A DNA stretch of 63,015 bases, counting the filler, from Dugesia japonica (taxonomy: Eukaryota): NCBI GenBank assembly GCA_001938525.1. It is 6 parts of 6 records of this genome, joined end to end, with 100 filler letters (N's around TTAATTAATTAA, not from the genome) between each part and the next. Parts side by side here need not be neighbours in the genome. Positions count along the whole stretch, not along the records: positions 1 to 13,489 come from MQRL01600409.1; 5 more parts are not named here. The stretch is one strand, 5' to 3'. Numbering within the stretch: position 1 is the stretch's first letter; each line of letters starts with the position of its first letter. The notes under the pieces were generated by a model that was given only the letters and a program-made list of their open reading frames with translations, did no database searches and was not told the origin of the DNA. The translations under genes and the position numbers were made by a program. Shown here one piece after another: positions 1-11,143 of this stretch.

Positions 1-2002
1 TATATGATTATATATTTTGATAGATTATAAAATATATAAAATATAAAATCGTAAAACGAGCTACTCTTACAACGCGATTTAAAATGAAAGCTGAGTCTTA
101 CATAACGCAGAATTTTTCAGGAATGTATGATTCAGTTTGTATTATTTAAGCAAAGATTTGAGCAATTATACTGAATATAAAATGACTAAATTAAAATCGA
201 AATCTTAATAATAATAATAAACTATAATATATTTAAATGGCATTATTTTGTATTTATAAAAAGATTGTCATTGTATTTTACTTTTAAAAAATTTATTGAT
301 TATTTTAAAATTAAATTACAAAAAAATATTTTTAATTTATATTTCATTAAATTTCATAAATTATTATTAGATTTATGTTTTGATCTTAATTATATTTTAA
401 AATATGAATTTCTTGAAAATAAAATCAACTTAAAATTAGGAAAAGCAAAAAGGTATTTAGTGATGATAATTGTAAAATATTCAAAAACTATTAAAAATAT
501 TTAGAAAATNNNNNNNNNNNNNNNNNNNNNNNNNNNNNNNNNNNNNNNNNNNNNNNNNNNNNNNNNNNNNNNNNNNNNNNNNNCACATAAATTAATCCAA
601 CAAATTTTAAATACAGTTTTAGCAGAAATGAAAATTGCTATAAATTAATTTAACGAACGTTTATTGGTTAATAATTTTAATTAATTTAATTTAAATTTTA
701 AAAAATGTGAACTAATTAATTTTGAATTNNNNNNNNNNNNNNNNNNNNNNNNNNNNNNNNNNNNNNNNNNNNNNNNNNNNNNNNNNNNNNNNNNNNNNNN
801 NNNNNNNNNNNNNNNNNNNNNNNCAATCGAGAAATTCTTTGAGTTATTTTTAAAAAAAAATACCTCGATAACTTAACATGAGTTAAAGAAAAAGAAATTT
901 AGAAACGTGAAAATATTTATAATAAAAAATATTTATGAAAATAATCGATAAAAGTAGAAATAATATTTAGAAGTAAATTTTTATAACAAATAAAATTCTT
1001 TTTGAAAACTTTATCGATAATTTTAAATTCTACAAAATGAACAGCATTTATCTCAACAAAAAATAAAAGAAACGTATTTTTTAAAGATGAATCACACTCA
1101 GTTTTTGATAATTTAAAAGAAATTCATAAAGCATTGAATTTCTTTGTTGAATATTAATAATTTTTGTTTTAATTCTACTCTTCAAGAATAACAGATGAAA
1201 ATTAAAATGAAAATGGTAATTAGCAAAAATATATTTAGACGTTTAACTGAACAAATAGTTTCATTTTTAAAAATAAATATAATAATTGATAAGCTGCATA
1301 AAATGAAAAAACCAATAAAAAAACAATTCAAACAGTAAATAACAATTAAAATTACTAAATGCAATAACTACGAAATCCGGANTAGTTCGGANTGAAAAAA
1401 ATGAAAATTAGTAAAGATAAACAACTCGATAGTAACAAAATCAATTATGCAACATAAATATTTTATTGATTTATTGTTTTATAATTCTAAATAAACCAAA
1501 AATTAATATCTCTTAGGTGTTTATAAAATAAAAAAATTGGCTTTGATTTTTATTCAAGTTACAAATTTTATATTCATGTTCTTTTAAATTAATAATTATC
1601 GAATTTTTAAAACAATATTAAATCAATGATTATCGAAAATTTATTCATCCTAATAATAAATAATTATTATTATTTTATTTTATTAAGGCTGACATACAGA
1701 TGGAATGTGCAAACAAATTATGTATTCAATTTAAGACGAATGAAGAAGTAATTATACCGCAAAGAATGGATGAAAGTTGTCCACAGTTGAAGAAATTCTT
1801 AAAATTTTAATTAAATTGGAAAAACGTTGATATTCATTTAATGCAACATTTTATTAAAATAAATTATTATTATTAATATTAATATTGATTTATTATTATT
1901 AAAAATAAAAGAACGCCATTTAATAAAATATTTAATAAAAGTTTGTTTTAATAATTTTTTTATTGCCTGATTATGATGATTATTCCGTAGAAATTAAAAT
2001 GG

Positions 2003-2192
2003 CATAGAAGTCATTTTAAAAATGCACAAAAGTTTTCAAATTTCCATGTAAAACTTAAGGAAAAATAGCTCAAAAATTGCATAGAAGTCATTACAAAATN
2101 CATAGAAGTCAACCCTGATTACATATATATCAATTCAAAATACATAGAAGTCAATCCTGATTACATAGATGTCACAAATTACAAAGATATCA
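2003..2192. repeat. 21-bp-period tandem repeat (CATAGAAGTCA core), possibly the subterminal repeat of a Mutator-like element
   Basis: Core motif at 2003, 2080, 2101, 2122 (variant), 2143, 2164 and 2182 (variant). Confidence 0.7.
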
Positions 2193-3292
2193 ATGTATAA
2201 GAATTTTGTGTGTCTATGTGTGTTCTACTGCATAAAATATGATTAATTATTACATATGTAACACAAATGCAACATAAATGCGTTTTTAAAATTTTTCAGT
2301 CTTTTTAAAATACATTTCATCTATATACAATTTTTAAGTAGATAATTTATTCATTTTTAATTCATGGTTAAGATTTAAATAGCGATTATATGACTATTTA
2401 TTCGTCACACTCCTTTGAAAACGTGACAGATGTATTTTTCATCTCATTACCATTCTAATGATAACAAGCGTGATGCATTTTAATTAAAAAATGATGTCAA
2501 AAATCTATTTTTAATATATTTTTTTAAAGTCCTTTCTTCTTTATTTTTCAGCACCAATCCTTTAAATTACGATTAGGTGGTTTTTAATTGCCTATTCAAT
2601 ATTATCAAATTCAAGTCTAGATGATAAAAATTTGATACTGGGCGTGGTTTTGAAACTTTAAATTTTAAGTCTTTAATAACTCTTCACGAATACATCAAAC
2701 TGGTATTCTGAGATAGCTGTTATGTTCTTCAAGCGTTTACGAGTCCAACGATACCAATTGTGTCATCATATCAAGTATATACTTAACTTTTTTGTAATTT
2801 TAAAATTAATGAATTTAGATAGCTCAGTGTGCCTACATCTACCGACTAGATTGTTCTTCATTTTCTGCCATGAAGGAAGTATATTTCATCCTAAGTTTTT
2901 TAGGCAATGTATAGATGATTTTTGATTTTCGTCCCGATGATNNNNNNNNNNNNNNNNNNNNNNNNNNNNNNNNNNNNNNNNNNNNNNNNNNNTTTTATTT
3001 TATCGATATCACCGTTAGGAAAACATTTGTATTTAAAAATATATTGTACTTTAAAGTCACTATCACATATTGTTAAAAACTAGATTGGTATAATGGTGAA
3101 ATTTTGATGGATACCGATTTTTTAAAAATTTCAAATTTTTAATAATGTTGGGCTGGAACGCCAGATTTTAAGTATTAAAGAAGTCCTAAAATTTTCCAAA
3201 AACATTGAAGAATAAACATACAAAATAAGCAGAGACTGAAGAAAATTTTAGGGCTAAGCCAGAAAGGCTGTTATTACTATTATTAATATTAT

Positions 3293-4660
3293 TGTATCAC
3301 CTCTGTGACATGCCCCTCTATTCCACGAGTTCAGCGCAACTTTGTGGTATCGCGTCTTACTCATTAGATTTTCTGAACCCTGACAGCAATAATTTTCACA
3401 TGCTCAAATAAAAATTTTGCTTTGAAGACCATTTTCTCGAATCCATTTCAACTTGTACAATCTTAACCATAACTTTCTCAAAGTAATTTTTGACTTATAC
3501 GATACATTGTTATAATGGTGCTCTTGAATCCATTTCAATTTGTACAAATTTATTCATAACTTTCTTAAATTAATTTTCAACTTGTTCAATACATTATCAT
3601 AATGATTTTCTCGAATCAATTTAAACTTGTACAATCTTAACCATAGCTTTCTCGAAGTAATTTTCAACTTGCACGATATTTGCTCAGGAGCCCGATCATC
3701 GACTTCAATTAGGGTACACTCGGATTATACATAGCAAAATTTTTTATTAAATATTATTTATTAATAATAACAATTGAGGTTTTCATTTTAGGTGATGTAG
3801 TTTTCTAAAGTTGAAATCCGTAATTATGTCCTTCGAAATTCTGTTCAATATTAGATTTAAACCGTAAATATCTCTTTCGAAGTTCTGTTTAATGTTAGAT
3901 TTAAAATTTTTTTTAAAATGAAAAGTCAAGAGTGTCTACTTTTTCCTTGATACCGGGTTTTATTCATCGATTGCACCCAAAGCTTCAGACCACTCTATAG
4001 TTCATCAATCAACTTTGATTCTGAGCAAATTCAGCCTTCGGATTGGAGGAGTTGGTGTGCATTCCTCTCTCTCCATAATTTTACTGACTTTGTGCACACC
4101 AACCTTTTGCACTGGGTTTTATATTTAGTCACCTCGTATGACCTCTGGTAGTTACTGTGGAAAAGTCCTTGTCTAGCATGAGGTGATTCAGCTGTTTATG
4201 CTGATTATTTTCAATTTATTTTTCATCAGCTAGACAAGGACTGATGACTGGNNNNNNNNNNNNNNNNNNNNNNNNNNNNNNNNNNNNNNNNNNNNNNNNN
4301 NNNNNNNNNNNNNNNNNNNNNNNNAATAAAACGGGTCGTAGAGACCCTTTTAAAACATTATTATATTATAGTAGCTTATTTTTATTATTTATCTTTTCAT
4401 TTACTTTTCAGACATCTATTTTTTCTGTATCTTAAATTTAGGGCCCATTACGCTCAATTTTTGATTTTCGACATTTTCCAAAAATAATTCATATTAATTA
4501 TAATAATAATTATTATATAATAATAATGATAATCCTATACTTAATAATCAATAATCTGGTCCACATTATCAACTTTATGTTCTTTCTTCGCTATTTTTGG
4601 AAACTTTTACTACTCGTTATACTTTTATTACTTCAACAATTTTTGTGTTCTAGCCCAACA
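3293..4660 (-). mobile_element. Solo-LTR-like element, TGTTGGG family, copy B, inverted and nested in copy A
   Basis: Reverse complement begins TGTTGGGCTAGAAC at 4660. 4100-4480 matches 7495-7880 and 3293-3410 matches 7090-7202. Flanked by TTAT on both sides. Confidence 0.7.
3432..3678. repeat. 87-bp tandem repeat (about 2.8 units) inside copy B
   Basis: TCTCGAATCC-like unit starts at 3435, 3522 and 3609. Confidence 0.8.
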
Positions 4661-6409
4661 TTATCATTATTATTCAGGGAATATTATTATTATAATTTTT
4701 ACGAAAAATCATCAAAAACTAAAATTTGTGTAGAGAACCCTAATGTGGAGCTACAGAAATAAAATTTGGATATACGAAGAATTAAATAATAAAAATAATA
4801 TGATAAATAATATAATAAATATAATATGTTAAAATGGTCTCTACGACCCAATTTATTTATTATAAATCATGGTAATTACCGTTTAGTACTATTATTATTA
4901 TTATCAAGTAATTCTGACTTAGTCATGAAATCATCCCATATTTTGGTTTACTTTGTGCTGAATCACGAGAAATTCAGACAAGTAAAACAAAATTCAATTG
5001 TTTGACGATACGAATTCTGAAAATCCAAATTTGCTATCAGTCAAGTTGTGCAGACCACCGGAATATTAGTAAACGGAAATTGTAGTGTACAACTGGTGTG
5101 TCGATAGCAGTGCATGCAGGTATTAACAACGACAAGAGGAAGACATCAGCCAATGAGAAGGCGAAAATCCAAAACGAAGGANNNNNNNNNNNNNNNNNNN
5201 NNNNNNNNNNNNNNNNNNNAATTCTTTTAGGAAAATAAAACATCGAAGCAAGACAAAAATCATCAATATTTTGCAATCTAATTTTATCATTATTTGTTCA
5301 AAGCAAAAGTTACTGTTAATTTTCCATCGAATTTACCATTAATTTTCAATCTAAATTCAGCAGGAAAGTTGTAAAGTTAAAACCAATTTAAGTTAATAAT
5401 AACGGATACATCGTGACAAGAAATTTTATTCTTTTTAAAAACCTGGTTTAATTTATTATATGAGTGACATTCTCAAGGTTCAACCGGGCTCCTGGATAGT
5501 GAATAAAAATGTACTAAATTCGTAATTAACGTAAAAAAACTTGCACCGAGAGTAACGGAAGCAAACTGAGTTGAATATGGCGAAATGATGATGAATAAAA
5601 TTGTAATTAATGTGACAAACATGTACCGAGAGGAACTGAGATAAGCCGAGAGGATTGGGGTGAAATTATGGTGAGTGTAGAGAAATAGTTATGTTTNNNN
5701 NNNNNNNNNNNNNNNNNNNNNNNNNNNNNNNNNNNNNNNNNNNNNNNNNNNNNNNNNNNNNNNNNNNNNNNNNNNNNNNNNNATTTTGTTTGATGGATTA
5801 AATTTGCTTGGAAACTATGTTTTTTTATTTTATGATATTTTATGATGGAAATTTAATGGTTAACAATATGTGCTTTAATTTCATCTTTTATTTAATTCGA
5901 GTTCGATGATTTTAAATAAACTTAAAATAGATGAATGTTTATTCTAACTTTATATATTTAATTATTAATTTTCTTTTTTTTTCAATAAGATAATTCATTT
6001 ATTTCCGAGATATATGTTTTCTGTAATTAAAATAAAAAGTGAAATACATTTTGACAGTCGTGCTTATGATGCATGACATAATATAATTATCGGCAATGAC
6101 ATTCTTCACGTTAAACTATACAGGTGATGCTTGTATAATACAATGTGTTTAGTGAAACACAATGGTGACAGTTAAGAAAATTTTTACCAGAACTTGACGA
6201 TATCAAGGAAGAGAAAAGATGATTACTTTTAGTAATCATCTTCCCTGGTTTGTGTTGTCAAGCGGGGATGAAAACCTAATAATCCTCAGGCCAAAGTAAC
6301 GTGTTGTTTGATGTTTATATAAAACCGCTTATTAGCTAAATTAGAGTCTTATTAATATTAAGTATATCGTATTTTCATCTTAGATAAATAAACCGAAGAA
6401 AACAAGCAG

Positions 6410-6965
6410 GGGAGATATTGTATCAAGCAGACGGAGATACAAGCTATGATAGAGAAAAAAGCGAAATATTACAACGATGAGATCCAAAATCTAAAAGCCG
6501 ACAGTTGGCCATCAAAAACACTAGCATGAGATCACTGAAATTTCAGATGGAACCGATGTGGGAGTCATTCGAGACACAGGCAAAACAACTCAAAAAGAAG
6601 TTGGGCGGCAATACGTTGAAAATAGGCGATATACGCTCTTTATCCATAAACATCGAGGTTAGCGAGGAAGAATTAGAGGAGCGCTCGACTATGAGCGAAC
6701 TTATGGGCCTGAGCAGCGCTATCAAATAGCTGAAATTTTATGCCTGAGATAAAATTGTATCCTCTAAGTATCAGCATCTTAAGGATAAAGAGTTGGCCTT
6801 TCAGCAGGCCAATAAATTGTTGGTTGATGTGGTGAAAGTGTATGCAGATAAAGAGGTCACAATTTTCATCACTCTTCGAACATTGTGATTAAATTCCCGG
6901 CCGTCGGAAGAGATTACTAAAACTGAGAATAAGATAGTGGATCTGAATGAAGGATGGAGGTGTAA
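6410..6965 (+). pseudogene. Decayed ORF, probably retrotransposon gag-like
   Basis: About 180 codons of charged, helical-looking sequence (includes ORF 6505-6729) with a frameshift and in-frame stops. PBS-like CA-A-TGGTGACAG upstream at 6160-6171. Confidence 0.35.
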
Positions 6966-8234
6966 GAAAAGTTATTATGTAGATAAATAAATTTTAGGAC
7001 TTGCACTTAAATGAATTTATTGCAATTTTACTTAGGCCTTAAAACATTTTGTCGTTATTTGTTATTTTCAATTTTTAACGAAATAAATACTGAGCACGAG
7101 TAAGAGATTACTGTTGGGGTTTATGAAAGTAGTGAATAAGACGCGATACTGCAAAGTCGCGCTGAATCCGTGGAAAGATGAGCTTGTCACAGAGGTGACA
7201 CAAATGCTTATGGTTTTTAGATATGTCCCTAGCTATTAAGTTTGGTGATTAAAAATTGAAAGTAATTGTATGAGAGAGAAGAAAGTAATTTTCTAAAATC
7301 AAAATCTTATAAACCTTGCATCCTACTGTTGGGCTTGAACGCCAGATTTTGAGTAATAGAGAGTTCTAAAATTTTCCTATATATAAAAAATAAACATGAA
7401 AAACGAGCAGATAGTTAAGAAATAGATTAGTGCTGGACCAGAAATTTGATCAATATAATTATTATTATAATTATTACGAAATTATTATATAAATCCGAAA
7501 AATGAAAATTGGGCGTAGAGGACCCTAATTTAGAGATAAAAATTAGTTTCTTCGATATATGGGAAGAAAATGATGAAACAAATAATAAAAATAATATAAA
7601 ATAATATAATAATATATTAAAGCGGTCTCTACGACCCTATTTCTTTATTATAATAACGCTAATTAGCGTGTGATATTATTTTTAGTTGATAAAAAGTCCT
7701 CTGGTCCAGTCACCAGTGCTTTTCTGATTGGGATGAAGAAAATCCGAAATTAGTTACGAAACAGGTTAATCACCCTAAGTCAAATAAAAATTTATCATAG
7801 CAACAACCACATCTGTCAGAGGTCATATGAGATGACAGTCAGAAAACAATTAGTGCAGGCGAGTTGGTGTGTCGAAAATGGTAGCACACAATAGAAAAGA
7901 TACGGTAATGTAGTTTCCAATCAGCGGTCGTAAATTGAGGGTATGCCGTTGCAATTGGTGGGCCAATAGAGAACCAATTTCTCTGATACTACTAGCAATG
8001 AAACCAGCCAACACAATGGAAGGGCAACTATTTTGATTATTACATTACTTAGCATAGTTTTAAGCCTAATTACACTTTATAATTCTGATAATTTCCAACA
8101 AGAATCAGTTATAATTATAATCCACGGAACAGAAATCATACCAGGAAACAAAAAAGTAAAATTTCAATGTAAATTCTACTATGATTCCTAGTGTCCTCAT
8201 CACCATCAGATCATGCTCGTGTGGACCAATATGT

Positions 8235-8458
8235 TTTAACTGAAATTAAAATTATAGTCTTGCAAAATGGGATCAAGGAAAAACATTGTGAACAGAAATT
8301 AAAATTATTATCATGCAAAGATGAGATCGGGTAAAAGTAATATGAAATGAGATGAAAATTATAATCCTGCACAAGTGAGATTGAGAAAAGTACGATTAAC
8401 TGAGAATAAAATTACTATCCAGCAAAGATGAGATCGAGAAAAAGTATTATGAAACGAG
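8235..8458. repeat. 53-54 bp tandem array inside copy C; resumes at 11144-11210
   Basis: GA(A/G)AT-AAAATTA unit starts at 8242, 8295, 8349, 8402 and 8456/11147. Confidence 0.8.
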
Positions 8459-11143
8459 AGTAGGTAGATGTGCCAGCCTGACCAAACCATTTCAATTTGT
8501 CAAATTCAAAAATTCTCTTACCCCCTCCCCCTCTTCGCGAAAATACTTTACAATGGTGTGTGCGGCCATATGAGTTATCGCACATATATTGGTTATTGAT
8601 TTTTAAGTGCAAGTATAAGTGTAAATTTAAGTGTAAGTTTAAGTGCAAGTGCACATTATTAATATATTATTGATTTCTTAAGTGATTTTTGATATTTGAA
8701 GTTATTTTTAATGTGTTAGATTGTTTAGAGTGCTGGCAGGAGAAGAGGGAAGGTTCAGGAGGTCGGGAATGGTAGAGAAAGAGGGTGTTGGAATTGACCA
8801 ATCAAAAGAGCACGGATTTGTTTTAATTAAGTCTAGTTACCAGAATTTCAATTTTTTGTTTTAATTAACAAAAAGAAATAAGTGGGAAATTTAAATTTCC
8901 TAAAGGTTTTTTTAACAGGAATTTTTTTTGAAAATTTTTTCTTTTCATTCTCCCTCTATCTTTTAATTTTTTTCTTTTTTTTTATTTTTTAAAATTTTTT
9001 AAGGTTTCTATCTTGTATTTGAATAGGGTTTTTAAGTCTGTATCTAATGATATAGAAAACCTTTTACAAAATGTTCCTGCTAGTTACAGTGACGTGTTAT
9101 CGGATTTCAGTTAAACGTGTCTAGTGTTGCGATATTTTATAGGATTAGGATGATATTTGGTTTGAATGAAAGAAGAACAAGAGTAACAGGTGATGGTCTA
9201 AAGATTTAGTAATTTCTATGTGACGATGCTTGTGTGTGTGTAAAAATGTATTTTTTATGAAAATCGTGACAGAATTAGTGTCGGTTGATTATTTTCGGGT
9301 TTCAGTGGTATATTTGAGTTTCATATTAAAATGGGTCTATAAGTTGCCAAAGGTAACTATGAGCTAAAATTTTTGTGTGTTGTATGAATGCAGCTTTTGT
9401 GTTGCAAAATGAGTTTCAAGTTTATTTTTAAGGTTTTATGAGCTTAAATATATGAAAAAAAATTCTTAATAAGTATTTCAAAGTAATTACTTTAAATCAA
9501 TAAACTAATAATAGTTATTAATTATTTTCATGCATGGTTTCAGTAACAGTCTTCTTTTTTTTCCATACCATTACATTACCTCCTCCGCCATACAACAGTC
9601 TAACAGAGGAAATTTTAAGGTCAGATAACACACGATCGAGTCCGTTCAAAATTGAACTTATCAACTAGCTTGTGTAGTTCTAACTAGGCTAAGCTGGATT
9701 ACGGTATGTGCATCTCTGGTTGCAATGCTTCCGTCAGTTCACATCCGGACAAAAGTTGAACACTGCTACAATTGTTTAAAAACTTCGCCAATAATTAACT
9801 AGACTCAGATCCACAAAATGCTAAGGAATTCCATCGCAACTGTTACTTTTTCAATACATGTTATATTTTCTATTATTCAGAACATATTAGACATCTTTGA
9901 CATTTTTCTTTGACCATATTAATGGAACCTTTAATGACCATAGACCATATAAAAATAGAACTTTTAAATATCATTGACCATATAATTATGAAACCTTTTA
10001 ATATATTTATCTAAATTTCAATTAATAATAAATTAAATTATCATAAAAAAATCTAATTAAAAAAATCTAACTAAAATTTAACTTATAAAAAATAAACTCA
10101 CCATTTTTTAATTTCAAATATATTTACAGTATTATGAAATTAAAAAATCAAAATATTTATTTGTTTTTTAATTTCATTACTATGAATGTTTTTAAAATTA
10201 AAAAATTTTAATTAATATTACTATAATTACAATTATGGTAATATGAAATTAATTTTGATATAAATTTAAANTACTTAAGTTTTCTTATAAATATATCATG
10301 TGGTCCAGTATTTCATTGTGGATATATATTTCAAACAAGTTCTGACAAAGTTGATACTTTTCGATACAACTTTATACCATTGCAATCGGATTTGAAATTG
10401 GACTTTTAATAGCAAGAAAATATTGTATCATAAGATTTCTTCAATGGATAAGTATTTCACTTGGTTTCAACAATTTATTTGGGTAGTTAGTCATATTTAT
10501 TAACATTATTAAGTGCTTTAGCAGCTGTCAATATGTTTACAATGCACTCATCTGATTTAATGGCGATATTTATATCTATCAAAATATCAACATTTTATTC
10601 ATCTAAAGACACATAGAAAGTTTCAAAAGTAAAAAGTCATGTTAAATATTATTTTAAAGACAGAAGAAATACAAAAAGACACCACTAATATTCCAATTGA
10701 TGATAATTCTGAAAATAAAATACAAAACTATGTAACTCATGGAATTGAAATCTCTGTTGGATTTAATAGAAAATTAAATAAATAAGAAGATTAAGTAATC
10801 AAAATATGGTAAAAATAATTTTTAATTTTTCGAAAATTTTCCATTAAACTTTTATTAATTTTAACAGTTCATATTTTTTTAGATTTTAAGTGGCTATTTA
10901 CGAAATAAGATTAATCTAGCACATATCAAAAATCACTTCAAAAATCACTAATCTATCAATAATGTTCACTTATCCTAGCACTTGTACTTCAACTTGCACT
11001 TTAAAAATCAATATATGCGCGATAACTCATACAGTCGCACACCCCACTGTAATGTATTTTCGCGAGGGTAGAGAGGGGGGTAAGAGAATTTTTTGAAATA
11101 GATCAATCAAAATGGAGCGGTCATGCTGACCAATCTAACTACT
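8459..11143. mobile_element. Non-autonomous Polinton/Maverick-like DNA transposon (about 2.7 kb)
   Basis: Degenerate TIRs of about 220-240 bp (8459-8696 and 10924-11143). Termini 5'-AGTAGGTAG and CTAACTACT-3'. Perfect 6-bp TSD AACGAG (8453-8458, 11144-11149). No intact ORF. Confidence 0.75.

Larger units (their letters stand above)
3146..7320 (+). mobile_element. Solo-LTR-like element, TGTTGGG family, copy A (interrupted by copy B and by a gag-like segment)
   Basis: Starts TGTTGGGCTGGAACGCCAG and is colinear with copy C at 3146-3270, 4690-4890, about 5080-5110 and 7090-7320. Ends ...AAACCTTGCA. Confidence 0.65.

Noticed and set aside
1688-1812. Possible plus-strand exon ADIQMECANKLC...
   Set aside because: No recognisable homology; an alternative frame (RKEWMKVVHS) looks more like a decayed LINE 3' end, and neither reading can be supported.
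8235-8458. Regularly spaced repeats as a CRISPR-like array (also 2080-2192, 3432-3678 and 54990-55530)
   Set aside because: Whole units are homologous with no unique spacers, there are no cas genes, and the context is eukaryotic.
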